Source: Ophelia neglecta (Eukaryota). From it: 64,000 nt of DNA. Location: NCBI GenBank assembly GCA_965285935.1, contig OZ260661.1, positions 128,588,001-128,652,000 of the forward strand, in the 5' to 3' direction. The notes below the pieces were generated by a model that saw only the letters and a program-made list of their open reading frames with translations, searched no databases and was not told where the DNA came from. The position numbers were made by a program, and so were the translations under genes. This document shows, piece by piece, positions 7,889-22,910 of this stretch (its first letter is position 1; each line of letters starts with the position of its first letter).

Positions 7889-10800
7889 TTACGCCTCACT
7901 GGGAGTCAAAATCCATGACGTACGATGAACACAAATGAGTAACATAAAGCATGGTGTGAATACGTCATATCTTGTAATATATTCAACTTTACCCCCGATC
8001 TTGGTGCTTATTACCTGCTCAGAGAATGCAACAAGTTACCGCTAAATAAATAGGCCTATTGCCACTGTGAGCTGGGTAGGTGCTTATACTCACAGATGAA
8101 AAGTATTTGTCTTGAAAAACACAGTTTATTATTGTTGAAGAATCTATTCATATGTGTTAATATTGTATGTTAATGGGAATAAATGATTTAATGATACTAT
8201 GAGAATCGTTGAAAAATTATTTGCTTATATCAACTTATTATTCCACCGTTAGATCTTAGGGCGTACAAAGTTATTGACAAACTGGTAGACGACTCATAGA
8301 TATGATAGGGTCATAAAATAACGTAACACGTTTCAGATAGATCCTATGGTCTATCTAAGCTTCATGGCCGCTCGGAAAGATTAAATAACAGGTGTAACAC
8401 GGTGAAGGTGTCGGTCACTGGGGGAAATTGGGGAAGGGGGCTGGGGTGGGGATACACGGCCGCGGGGTCAAGACTCCCCCAGTGTCCAGATTTTTTTCCA
8501 TATCAATACTATAAGCCTATAACCGCGATGTTTCCATATACAAAATCGAGGCAAATATATATATAACCAAAACTTACAGCCCCCCTTCCGCCCTCCGTCT
8601 CCCAATGCCAACGATTATTCCATATAAATACCAGAGGGCTAGGCAAACTTACACATTCCAGGTCGATCTTTATCACAGTCGCTCAGTGTGGGCCAAGCTA
8701 GGCGGACATCATATCAGTCACAATTTAACTTGAAAGATATTTTTGAACGCGGCTACGAAACACAAGGTTGGCGTTACATATGCTTAATTTTCACATGACG
8801 GGACCAAACCAGCATACCCTCTAGAGGCTCTTGAACAAAAGTGGCCATTTTTTATTTTTTGTCACACGTGAGAGCTAGACCGCACATATGACCCCATAGA
8901 TATCCATATGTGTCTTTCACAATCACACAATTTCAAAACAATACCATCCCGTGTCCAAAATCTTTTACTATTCATATCTATATTTTACTATTAACATATA
9001 ATCCAGGTAATCCAGATATGTTTGCTGCCTTTTTTGGTGAATCACAGTCGAGTTTGGCGAATTTATTATTGCCCTGTGAGCTCTGGAACACCTATCAGCT
9101 CTGGAACACCTACGACACTGCATCGAATAATTGCTATTTAGTTCACTGCAACCAGTAATAACAGCCAGGCGTTCTTGCCTAAGTATAACAGCATGCACCG
9201 CGGTATTTCGTTTCCCGCCAGATGGCGATACCTTCAAAAAAGGCTCGCGCATACGCGCAATTGTACACAAGAATGCCAATTTTGTCAATAAACATACTTC
9301 CGCAGAATTTCATCTCCGCTCCGAAACTATATTCCCGTTCTTAATCAAATGATGCAAGTAAATTGAGTATAAGCTGCGGGCCTGTTCCGACGGCAGGTCT
9401 CAGTTTGGCGGCCTCGTAGTCACAGGCACCCCCCCCCCCCCATCCCCCAGCGGTGTATTTCATATAATTTGGATGTGGTGGTCCTAGCAGGGTTTGAATC
9501 CTGGGAAAATATGACAGAAATTCTTCAAAAAGCATCAATGATTTAGGAAATCTTCACAAACCTATATTTTTGATCAAAACCAAATCCTCAATACACTATA
9601 CCATTTTGACGGTCGATCGTCCAAAAACCTATCTTTAATAGGAAAAAGTCCTACTCTTTTGCGATGGGAAAGGTGCGTCCGGGGTTTCCCGCCTATTCAA
9701 TGCAAACCACAGCTTTTGTATGCCGGTAGCTAGGTTTTAGAAGACCTCACTGGTCAATATGCCTATAGAAGAATAAACTGGACCATTTTCATAGGCTTGC
9801 ATAGGAGATTACCCCTTTTCTAGTACCATAGCGGAGAGATAGGCATTGATAGGGAAAAAAAGCATTCTCTATACCGCGGAGCCATATACTATGTTTTCAT
9901 AGCAACTGAAATCACGGAAAATATGTGATTAATGACGAATCATAAGTTATCAATAAAATGAAACCAATGTCAGTGTAATCATCCCAAGTCCACCATGAAT
10001 CGCGAACAATAACTTTTCACGTTCACATCACGGAAGATAAATATGATCAATCACGCACCAAGATTTTACTCCAAAATTGTTAAGTGCACCTTATTTTCGG
10101 GTTTTTTTTCGAGTCTCCCGATGACTAGGAGAGGCGAGAATAAAATGGCGCGAAAATTAAAAGCACCATTAGCACTGTATTGCCGCCGGTGAGTAACCGT
10201 GAACATAACAAGCCGTAAAAACTAATTTAAATGTCAGCTGTTCCTGAAAATTTGATGGCGCGAACATTTCCCGTTTTACAGTAACTCCCCCTTATAATAA
10301 ATGTGTATTATATACAATTAGAACAGTCATGGGTTCCTGTCCCGTCAGGACTCGGTATTTCCTTTTTTGAACATTTTAGGTATGCTATTGAATAAGTATT
10401 TTAGTATTGATCAATGTTCTTTACACTAATCTCTTCATATAAGGATAAATTTGACATACCTGTATTGTAGGCCCATATGGTTGTGGCCAGTGGACGACCA
10501 ACCCTGGGTGACTTTCAAAACCTTGTATCGCGGTCAACCGACAACGCCTGGGATGAAAATGGTTTCCAAGAAAATATTGTTAGGCCTATGTCAGAAATTG
10601 TTTGAACTTAATTAAGATAAACGAAGTCCCTGGAACCCGCCAGTCAGATTCCTCCGACGGCCATTAATTTACATCGATCGCGTTGGCCGCCTGTATAACT
10701 CACCTATATTAATATCGAGGACAGCCGGAGGGTCACAGAGCTGTTCAGGTCTCCGCTCATGTCACATTTGATGGCCATTCACGTGCCAGACAACTCCATC

Positions 10801-11172
10801 TAGTCGGCAGGGAGACCATGGCGATCACGAGGGTGAGATCAGTTTCAATCTCACTCACTGCCCCATCCGTACACCGCCCGCCTAGATTGTTATAATCCGA
10901 TTATATCAACCATAACAATGCACTGATATCAATCTAATTACCCGGGTAAATAAAAGTAAACATACCCGGAGGCCTGGCGGGGCGTGTAAGCAGATTATAG
11001 GTCTCAGCCGACAGACTGAGTAGGCCAGGGTGACAAGGACTCTAGGCAGACGGGTTGGCAGACAGAGGAAAAATGTCGTCTGCCGACTTGATGGATTCTC
11101 TACAAAACCAGTCGGAGTCTGGAGGAAGGCATCATTTCTCCTCTAGGAACCACCACCAGAACATCAGGCAAT

Positions 11173-12897
11173 ATGAAGAATCTCGTGTTTATCAGCGTCT
11201 GGACGGGACTCTTGTCTCTAACCCTGGTGGCCTACTCGGCCGGGGCCAAGGGAACACGACCCAAACTGCCAGATCTACTCTTAAGGAACTTCAACAACCT
11301 AGGCGATGTGAGCGCTGTGTCAGCTGACGTCACTGCCCAGCAGAACCAGCCCGATAAAAGCCGAGTTAAGCCGAGCTCGGCCGATGTCAATATGAAGGAG
11401 ATTGGCGAGATTCTCCAAAACAAGTACGGGCTGACTAACACGATGGCCAGCGAGGGCTCGACCAGCTTCATGTTGGAGGTGTACCGTAAGCTGGAGGAGG
11501 GAGAGAGCTTATCGAGGGCCTCCGGACATCGTGGGCTAGACGTGGCCATCTTACAGGCAGACACCGTCCGCAGCTTCCACAATAAAGGTAAGGCCTCGTA
11601 TACCCACACCGCTTTATGAAAGGAATTCCACAAAAAATCATGTTAAAATGTGAATTTATTAGGCAAGAGATAAAATCGGTAATTAATATTACTTATCATG
11701 ATAGTAAATAATAATATGTACATGAAGGTACACGGACTACACAATCAATCTGAATTTGGAGACATCAAGAGTATTAACTTAATCCTAATTAATAGCGTTA
11801 ACATTCACAAAAGCTGATAAAACTAACAAACAATTATAACAAATTTAGTCGATTAACCGTCTTAATTGCATCCTTATATCAGCTTACTTTATTTTATTCA
11901 TTGTAAAAATTATTTATTTTTCCTTGTAGAGCGTATAAGAGAGGAGGGAGACAAGATGGAGATGACCTTCAAACTAGCCGGTATACCTGAGGAGGAGGTA
12001 ACAAAGAGAGCTGAACTACGGGTCCACTCACAGAGAGCACGAGGACGCCGTGTCTTCAAGGTGAAGGTCACAGTAATTGAGGGTGGCGTCCAGATTCAGC
12101 GTTTGTCCTATCGGGTCAGCTCCAAGCGTTCTGCCAATGACGGCTCGGCGGTGATTGACCTGACGGCCATCGTTCAGGACGTGTTAGAGGCCGGATACCG
12201 CGACGCTACTCTCCATTTTACTCTCCGTCCTGCTCATAAACACAGACGGCAGAGAGGGACTGGCCAACAGGAAAAACAGCAGGGCAAAAGTGAGAAGAAG
12301 GACAAAACTCAATCGGGGGACCATAGCGGTAGTGGCGCTGTAGGTAGTGGGCACATCGGAAGACGCTCTAAACGTAATGTCCGTCAGCCGACAACTGGTG
12401 CCATGCTTGTAATCTTCACTCAAAACAAACAGTTTTTCTCTAAACTGACTGCTGACCTTCGCATAAAGGCCAATCAGCTGGACAGCAACTTACCAGACTC
12501 AAGAGAACAATCAGATGTACGGTCAGGGAGAGTCAAGCGCAGGTCTTCTAAATCAAAAGAAAGATCTAACCCTTTCAAAGTTGGCGGAAAGTGTAGAAAA
12601 CTGGACTTTACCATAGACTTTGAGGTGATTGGCTGGGACAAATGGATTGTTTACCCTAAGAAGTTCAACGCCTATCGCTGCGGCGGAAAGTGTAAGAATA
12701 TAATGGATCCTGACGTGTGGCCCACCAACCACGCCATACTACAGAGTCTAATGAATAGGCGTGACCGGAAGTTAGCCCCGCGTCCATGCTGTGTGCCCAC
12801 CAAACTACGACCAATCAGCATGCTGTATTTCGAGGAGGATGAAATCGTCATACGTAATCACGTGAACATGGCCGTTGACCAATGCGGCTGTAGTTAA
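11173..12897 (+). CDS. nodal: Nodal-like preproprotein, copy 3 (join 11173..11587,11930..12897)
   Basis: Intact; K/V haplotype; private T>I (GHIGRR). Confidence 0.88.
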
Positions 12898-15800
12898 TTA
12901 CGCCTCACTGGGAGTCAAAATCCATGACGTACGATGAACACAAATGAGTAACATAAAGCATGGTGTGAATACGTCATATCTTGTAATATATTCAACTTTA
13001 CCCCCGATCTTGGTGCTTATTACCTGCTCAGAGAATGCAACAAGTTACCGCTAAATAAATAGGCCTATTGCCACTGTGAGCTGGGTAGGTGCTTATACTC
13101 ACAGATGAAAAGTATTTGTCTTGAAAAACACAGTTTATTATTGTTGAAGAATCTATTCATATGTGTTAATATTGTATGTTAATGGGAATAAATGATTTAA
13201 TGATACTATGAGAATCGTTGAAAAATTATTTGCTTATATCAACTTATTATTCCACCGTTAGATCTTAGGGCGTACAAAGTTATTGACAAACTGGTAGACA
13301 CCTCATAGATATGATAGGGTCATAAAATAACGTAACACGTTTCAGATAGATCCTATGGTCTATCTAAGCTTCATGGCCGCTCGGAAAGATTAAATAACAG
13401 GTGTAACACGGTGAAGGTGTCGGTCACTGGGGGAAATTGGGGAAGGGGGCTGGGGTGGGGATACACGGCCGCGGGGTCAAGACTCCCCCAGTGTCCAGAT
13501 TTTTTTCCATATCAATACTATAAGCCTATAACCGCGATGTTTCCATATACAAAATCGAGGCAAATATATATATAACCAAAACTTACAGCCCCCCTTCCGC
13601 CCTCCGTCTCCCAATGCCAACGATTATTCCATATAAATTCCAGAGGGCTAGGCAAACTTACACATTCCAGGTCGATCTTTATCACAGTCGCTCAGTGTGG
13701 GCCAAGCTAGGCGGACATCATATCAGTCACAATTTAACTTGAAAGATATTTTGGAATGCGGCTACGAAACACAAGGTTGGCGTTACATATGCTTAATTTT
13801 CACATGACGGGACCAAACCAGCATGCCCTCTAGAGGCTCTTGAACAAAAGTGGCCATTTTTTATTTTTTGTCACACGTGAGAGCTAGACCGCACATATGA
13901 CCCCATAGATATCCATATGTGTCTTTCACAATCACACAATTTCAAAACAATACCATCCCGTGTCCAAAATCTTTTACTATTCATATCTATATTTTACTAT
14001 TAACATATAATCCAGGTTATCCAGATATGTTTGCTGCCTTTTTTGGTGAATCACAGTCGAGTTTGGCGAATTTATTATTGCCCTGTGAGCTCTGGAACAC
14101 CTATCAGCTCTGGAACACCTACGACACTGCATCGAATAATTGCTATTTAGTTCACTGCAACCAGTAATAACAGCCAGGCGTTCTTGCCTAAGTATCACAG
14201 CATGCACCGCGGTATTTCGTTTCCCGCCAGATGGCGATACCTTCAAAAAAGGCTCGCGCATACGCGCAATTGTACACAAGAATGCCAATTTTGTCAATAA
14301 ACATACTTCCGCAGAATTTCATCTCCGCTCCGAAACTATATTCCCGTTCTTAATCAAATGATGCAAGTAAATTTAGTATAAGCTGCGGGCCTGTTCCGAC
14401 GGCAGGTCTCAGTTTGGCGGCCTCGTAGTCACAGGCACCCCCCCCCCCATCCCCCAGCGGTGTATTTCATATAATTTGGATGTGGTGGTCCTAGCAGGGT
14501 TTGAATCCTGGGAAAATATGACAGAAATTCTTCAAAAAGCATCAATGATTTAGGAAATCTTCACAAACCTATATTTTTGATCAAAACCAAATCCTCAATA
14601 CACTATACCATTTTGACGGTCGATCTTCCAAAAGCCTATCTTTAATAGGAAAAAGTCCTACTCTTTTGCGATGGGAAAGGTGCGTCCGGGGTTTCCCGCC
14701 TATTCAATGCAAACCACAGCTTTTGTATGCCGGTAGCTAGGTTTTAGAAGACCTCACTGGTCAATATGCCTATAGAAGAATAAACTGGACCATTTTCATA
14801 GGCTTGCATAGGAGATTACCCCTTTTCTAGTACCATAGCGGAGAGATAGGCATTGATAGGGAAAAAAAGCATTCTCTATACCACGGAGCCATATACTATG
14901 TTTTCATAGCAACTGAAATCACGGAAAATATGTGATTAATGACGAATCATAAGTTATCAATAAAATGAAACCAATGTCAGTGTAATCATCCCAAGTCCAC
15001 CATGAATCGCGAACAATAACTTTTCACGTTCACATCACGGAAGATAAATATGATCAATCACGCACCAAGATTTTACTCCAAAATTGTTAAGTGCACCTTA
15101 TTTTCGGGTTTTTTTTCGAGTCTCCCGATGACTAGGAGAGGCGAGAATAAAATGGCGCGAAAATTAAAAGCACCATTAGCACTGTATTGCCGCCGGTGAG
15201 TAACCGTGAACATAACAAGCCGTAAAAACTAATTTAAATGTCAGCTGTTCCTGAAAATTTGATGGCGCGAACATTTCCCGTTTTAAAATAACTCCCCCTT
15301 ATAATAAATGTGTATTATATACAATTAGAACAGTCATGGGTTCCTGTCCCGTCAGGACTCGGTATTTCCTTTTTTGAACATTTTAGGTATGCTATTGAAT
15401 AAGTATTTTAGTATTGATCAATGTTCTTTACACTAATCTCTTCATATAAGGATAAATTTGACATACCTGTATTGTAGGCCCATATGGTTGTGGCCAGTGG
15501 ACGACCAACCCTGGGTGACTTTCAAAACCTTGTATCGCGGTCAACCGACAACGCCTGGGATGAAAATGGTTTCCAAGAAAATATTGTTAGGCCTATGTCA
15601 GAAATTGTTTGAACTTAATTAAGATAAACGAAGTCCCTGGAACCCGCCAGTCAGATTCCTCCGACGGCCATTAATTTACATCGATCGCGTTGGCCGCCTG
15701 TATAACTCACCTATATTAATATCGAGGACAGCCGGAGGGTCACAGAGCTGTTCAGGTCTCCGCTCATGTCACATTTGATGGCCATTCACGTGCCAGACAA

Positions 15801-16179
15801 CTCCATCTAGTCGGCAGGGAGACCATGGCGATCACGAGGGTGAGATCAGTTTCAATCTCACTCACTGCCCCATCCGTACACCGCCCGCCTAGATTGTTAT
15901 AATCCGATTATATCAACCATAACAATGCACTGATATCAATCTAATTACCCGGGTAAATAAAAGTAAACATACCCGGAGGCCTGGCGGGGCGTGTAAGCAG
16001 ATTATAGGTCTCAGCCGACAGACTGAGTAGGCCAGGGTGACAAGGACTCTACGCAGACGGGTTGGCAGACAGAGGGAAAATGTCGTCTGCCGACTTGATG
16101 GATTCTCTACAAAACCAGTCGGAGTCTGGAGGAAGGCATCATTTCTCCTCTAGGAACCACCACCAGAACATCAGGCAAT

Positions 16180-17904
16180 ATGAAGAATCTCGTGTTTATC
16201 AGCGTCTGGACGGGACTCTTGTCTCTAACCCTGGTGGCCTACTCGGCCGGGGCCAAGGGAACACGACCCAAACTGCCAGATCTACTCTTAAGGAACTTCA
16301 ACAACCTAGGCGATGTGAGCGCTGTGTCAGCTGACGTCACTGCCCAGCAGAACCAGCCCGATAATAGCCGAGTTAAGCCGAGCTCGGCCGATGTCAATAT
16401 GAAGGAGATTGGCGAGATTCTCCAAAACAAGTACGGGCTGACTAACACGATGGCCAGCGAGGGCTCGACCAGCTTCATGTTGGAGGTGTACCGTAAGCTG
16501 GAGGAGGGAGAGAGCTTATCGAGGGCCTCCGGACATCGTGGGCTAGACGTGGCCATCTTACAGGCAGACACCGTCCGCAGCTTCCACAATAAAGGTAAGG
16601 CCTCGTATACCCACACCGCTTTATGAAAGGAATTCCACAAAAAATCATGTTAAAATGTGAATTTATTAGGCAAGAGATAAAATCGGTAATTAATATTACT
16701 TATCATGATAGTAAATAATAATATGTACATGAAGGTACACGGACTACACAGTCAATCTGAATTTGGAGACATCAAGAGTATTAACTTAATCCTAATTAAT
16801 AGCGTTAACATTCACAAAAGCTGATAAAACTAACAAACAATTATAACAAATTTAGTCGATTAACCGTCTTAATTGCATCCTTATATCAGCTTACTTTATT
16901 TTATTCATTGTAAAAATTATTTATTTTTCCTTGTAGAGCGTATAAGAGAGGAGGGAGACAAGATGGAGATGACCTTCAAACTAGCCGGTATACCTGAGGA
17001 GGAGGTAACAAAGAGAGCTGAACTACGGGTCCACTCACAGAGAGCACGAGGACGCCGTGTCTTCAAGGTGAAGGTCACAGTAATTGAGGGTGGCGTCCAG
17101 ATTCAGCGTTTGTCCTATCGGATCAGCTCCAAGCGTTCTGCCAATGACGGCTCGGCGGTGATTGACCTGACGGCCATCGTTCAGGACGTGTTAGAGGCCG
17201 GATACCGCGACGCTACTCTCCATTTTACTCTCCGTCCTGCTCATAAACACAGACGGCAGAGAGGGACTGGCCAACAGGAAAAACAGCAGGGCAAAAGTGA
17301 GAAGAAGGACAAAACTCAATCGGGGGACCATAGCGGTAGTGGCGCTGTAGGTAGTGGGCACACCGGAAGACGCTCTAAACGTAATGTCCGTCAGCCGACA
17401 ACTGGTGCCATGCTTGTAATCTTCACTCAAAACAAACAGTTTTTCTCTAAACTGACTGCTGACCTTCGCATAAAGGCCAATCAGCTGGACAGCAACTTAC
17501 CAGACTCAAGAGAACAATCAGATGTACGGTCAGGGAGAGTCAAGCGCAGGTCTTCTAAATCAAAAGAAAGATCTAACCCTTTCAAAGTTGGCGGAAAGTG
17601 TAGAAAACTGGACTTTACCATAGACTTTGAGGTGATTGGCTGGGACAAATGGATTGTTTACCCTAAGAAGTTCAACGCCTATCGCTGCGGCGGAAAGTGT
17701 AAGAATATAATGGATCCTGACGTGTGGCCCACCAACCACGCCATACTACAGAGTCTAATGAATAGGCGTGACCGGAAGTTAGCCCCGCGTCCATGCTGTG
17801 TGCCCACCAAACTACGACCAATCAGCATGCTGTATTTCGAGGAGGATGAAATCGTCATACGTAATCACGTGAACATGGCCGTTGACCAATGCGGCTGTAG
17901 TTAA
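16180..17904 (+). CDS. nodal: Nodal-like preproprotein, copy 4 (join 16180..16594,16937..17904)
   Basis: Intact; N/I haplotype; protein identical to copy 2. Confidence 0.88.
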
Positions 17905-20900
17905 TTACGCCTCACTGGGAGTCAAAATCCATGACGTACGATGAACACAAATGAGTAACATAAAGCATGGTGTGAATACGTCATATCTTGTAATATATTC
18001 AACTTTACCCCCGATCTTGGTGCTTATTACCTGCTCAGAGAATGCAACAAGTTACCGCTAAATAAATAGGCCTATTGCCACTGTGAGCTGGGTAGGTGCT
18101 TATACTCACAGATGAAAAGTATTTGTCTTGAAAAACACAGTTTATTATTGTTGAAGAATCTATTCATATGTGTTAATATTGTATGTTAATGGGAATAAAT
18201 GATTTAATGATACTATGAGAATCGTTGAAAAATTATTTGCTTATATCAACTTATTATTCCACCGTTAGATCTTAGGGCGTACAAAGTTATTGACAAACTG
18301 GTAGACGACTCATAGATATGATAGGGTCATAAAATAACGTAACACGTTTCAGATAGATCCTATGGTCTATCTAAGCTTCATGGCCGCTCGGAAAGATTAA
18401 ATAACAGGTGTAACACGGTGAAGGTGTCGGTCACTGGGGGAAATTGGGGAAGGGGGCTGGGGTGGGGATACACGGCCGCGGGGTCAAGACTCCCCCAGTG
18501 TCCAGATTTTTTTCCATATCAATACTATAAGCCTATAACCGCGATGTTTCCATATACAAAATCGAGGCAAATATATATATAACCAAAACTTACAGCCCCC
18601 CTTCCGCCCTCCGTCTCCCAATGCCAACGATTATTCCATATAAATACCAGAGGGCTAGGCAAACTTACACATTCCAGGTCGATCTTTATCACAGTCGCTC
18701 AGTGTGGGCCAAGCTAGGCGGACATCATATCAGTCACAATTTAACTTGAAAGATATTTTTGAACGCGGCTACGAAACACAAGGTTGGCGTTACATATGCT
18801 TAATTTTCACATGACGGGACCAAACCAGCATACCCTCTAGAGGCTCTTGAACAAAAGTGGCCATTTTTTATTTTTTGTCACACGTGAGAGCTAGACCGCA
18901 CATATGACCCCATAGATATCCATATGTGTCTTTCACAATCACACAATTTCAAAACAATACCATCCCGTGTCCAAAATCTTTTACTATTCATATCTATATT
19001 TTACTATTAACATATAATCCAGGTAATCCAGATATGTTTGCTGCCTTTTTTGGTGAATCACAGTCGAGTTTGGCGAATTTATTATTGCCCTGTGAGCTCT
19101 GGAACACCTATCAGCTCTGGAACACCTACGACACTGCATCGAATAATTGCTATTTAGTTCACTGCAACCAGTAATAACAGCCAGGCGTTCTTGCCTAAGT
19201 ATAACAGCATGCACCGCGGTATTTCGTTTCCCGCCAGATGGCGATACCTTCAAAAAAGGCTCGCGCATACGCGCAATTGTACACAAGAATGCCAATTTTG
19301 TCAATAAACATACTTCCGCAGAATTTCATCTCCGCTCCGAAACTATATTCCCGTTCTTAATCAAATGATGCAAGTAAATTGAGTATAAGCTGCGGGCCTG
19401 TTCCGACGGCAGGTCTCAGTTTGGCGGCCTCGTAGTCACAGGCACCCCCCCCCCATCCCCCAGCGGTGTATTTCATATAATTTGGATGTGGTGGTCCTAG
19501 CAGGGTTTGAATCCTGGGAAAATATGACAGAAATTCTTCAAAAAGCATCAATGATTTAGGAAATCTTCACAAACCTATATTTTTGATCAAAACCAAATCC
19601 TCAATACACTATACCATTTTGACGGTCGATCGTCCAAAAACCTATCTTTAATAGGAAAAAGTCCTACTCTTTTGCGATGGGAAAGGTGCGTCCGGGGTTT
19701 CCCGCCTATTCAATGCAAACCACAGCTTTTGTATGCCGGTAGCTAGGTTTTAGAAGACCTCACTGGTCAATATGCCTATAGAAGAATAAACTGGACCATT
19801 TTCATAGGCTTGCATAGGAGATTACCCCTTTTCTAGTACCATAGCGGAGAGATAGGCATTGATAGGGAAAAAAAGCATTCTCTATACCGCGGAGCCATAT
19901 ACTATGTTTTCATAGCAACTGAAATCACGGAAAATATGTGATTAATGACGAATCATAAGTTATCAATAAAATGAAACCAATGTCAGTGTAATCATCCCAA
20001 GTCCACCATGAATCGCGAACAATAACTTTTCACGTTCACATCACGGAAGATAAATATGATCAATCACGCACCAAGATTTTACTCCAAAATTGTTAAGTGC
20101 ACCTTATTTTCGGGTTTTTTTTCGAGTCTCCCGATGACTAGGAGAGGCGAGAATAAAATGGCGCGAAAATTAAAAGCACCATTAGCACTGTATTGCCGCC
20201 GGTGAGTAACCGTGAACATAACAAGCCGTAAAAACTAATTTAAATGTCAGCTGTTCCTGAAAATTTGATGGCGCGAACATTTCCCGTTTTACAGTAACTC
20301 CCCCTTATAATAAATGTGTATTATATACAATTAGAACAGTCATGGGTTCCTGTCCCGTCAGGACTCGGTATTTCCTTTTTTGAACATTTTAGGTATGCTA
20401 TTGAATAAGTATTTTAGTATTGATCAATGTTCTTTACACTAATCTCTTCATATAAGGATAAATTTGACATACCTGTATTGTAGGCCCATATGGTTGTGGC
20501 CAGTGGACGACCAACCCTGGGTGACTTTCAAAACCTTGTATCGCGGTCAACCGACAACGCCTGGGATGAAAATGGTTTCCAAGAAAATATTGTTAGGCCT
20601 ATGTCAGAAATTGTTTGAACTTAATTAAGATAAACGAAGTCCCTGGAACCCGCCAGTCAGATTCCTCCGACGGCCATTAATTTACATCGATCGCGTTGGC
20701 CGCCTGTATAACTCACCTATATTAATATCGAGGACAGCCGGAGGGTCACAGAGCTGTTCAGGTCTCCGCTCATGTCACATTTGATGGCCATTCACGTGCC
20801 AGACAACTCCATCTAGTCGGCAGGGAGACCATGGCGATCACGAGGGTGAGATCAGTTTCAATCTCACTCACTGCCCCATCCGTACACCGCCCGCCTAGAT

Positions 20901-21185
20901 TGTTATAATCCGATTATATCAACCATAACAATGCACTGATATCAATCTAATTACCCGGGTAAATAAAAGTAAACATACCCGGAGGCCTGGCGGGGCGTGT
21001 AAGCAGATTATAGGTCTCAGCCGACAGACTGAGTAGGCCAGGGTGACAAGGACTCTAGGCAGACGGGTTGGCAGACAGAGGGAAAATGTCGTCTGCCGAC
21101 TTGATGGATTCTCTACAAAACCAGTCGGAGTCTGGAGGAAGGCATCATTTCTCCTCTAGGAACCACCACCAGAACATCAGGCAAT

Positions 21186-22910
21186 ATGAAGAATCTCGTG
21201 TTTATCAGCGTCTGGACGGGACTCTTGTCTCTAACCCTGGTGGCCTACTCGGCCGGGGCCAAGGGAACACGACCCAAACTGCCAGATCTACTCTTAAGGA
21301 ACTTCAACAACCTAGGCGATGTGAGCGCTGTGTCAGCTGACGTCACTGCCCAGCAGAACCAGCCCGATAATAGCCGAGTTAAGCCGAGCTCGGCCGATGT
21401 CAATATGAAGGAGATTGGCGAGATTCTCCAAAACAAGTACGGGCTGACTAACACGATGGCCAGCGAGGGCTCGACCAGCTTCATGTTGGAGGTGTACCGT
21501 AAGCTGGAGGAGGGAGAGAGCTTATCGAGGGCCTCCGGACATCGTGGGCTAGACGTGGCCATCTTACAGGCAGACACCGTCCGCAGCTTCCACAATAAAG
21601 GTAAGGCCTCGTATACCCACACCGCTTTATGAAAGGAATTCCACAAAAAATCATGTTAAAATGTGAATGTATTAGGCAAGAGATAAAATCGGTAATTAAT
21701 ATTACTTATCATGATAGTAAATAATAATATGTACATGAAGGTACACGGACTACACAGTCAATCTGAATTTGGAGACATCAAGAGTATTAACTTAATCCTA
21801 ATTAATAGCGTTAACATTCACAAAAGCTGATAAAACTAACAAACAATTATAACAAATTTAGTCGATTAACCGTCTTAATTGCATCCTTATATCAGCTTAC
21901 TTTATTTTATTCATTGTAAAAATTATTTATTTTTCCTTGTAGAGCGTATAAGAGAGGAGGGAGACAAGATGGAGATGACCTTCAAACTAGCCGGTATACC
22001 TGAGGAGGAGGTAACAAAGAGAGCTGAACTACGGGTCCACTCACAGAGAGCACGAGGACGCCGTGTCTTCAAGGTGAAGGTCACAGTAATTGAGGGTGGC
22101 GTCCAGATTCAGCGTTTGTCCTATCGGATCAGCTCCAAGCGTTCTGCCAATGACGGCTCGGCGGTGATTGACCTGACGGCCATCGTTCAGGACGTGTTAG
22201 AGGCCGGATACCGCGACGCTACTCTCCATTTTACTCTCCGTCCTGCTCATAAACACAGACGGCAGAGAGGGACTGGCCAACAGGAAAAACAGCAGGGCAA
22301 AAGTGAGAAGAAGGACAAAACTCAATCGGGGGACCATAGCGGTAGTGGCGCTGTAGGTAGTGGGCACACCGGAAGACGCTCTAAACGTAATGTCCGTCAG
22401 CCGACAACTGGTGCCATGCTTGTAATCTTCACTCAAAACAAACAGTTTTTCTCTAAACTGACTGCTGACCTTCGCATAAAGGCCAATCAGCTGGACAGCA
22501 ACTTACCAGACTCAAGAGAACAATCAGATGTACGGTCAGGGAGAGTCAAGCGCAGGTCTTCTAAATCAAAAGAAAGATCTAACCCTTTCAAAGTTGGCGG
22601 AAAGTGTAGAAAACTGGACTTTACCATAGACTTTGAGGTGATTGGCTGGGACAAATGGATTGTTTACCCTAAGAAGTTCAACGCCTATCGCTGCGGCGGA
22701 AAGTGTAAGAATATAATGGATCCTGACGTGTGGCCCACCAACCACGCCATACTACAGAGTCTAATGAATAGGCGTGACCGGAAGTTAGCCCCGCGTCCAT
22801 GCTGTGTGCCCACCAAACTACGACCAATCAGCATGCTGTATTTCGAGGAGGATGAAATCGTCATACGTAATCACGTGAACATGGCCGTTGACCAATGCGG
22901 CTGTAGTTAA
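21186..22910 (+). CDS. nodal: Nodal-like preproprotein, copy 5 (join 21186..21600,21943..22910)
   Basis: Intact; N/I haplotype. Confidence 0.88.
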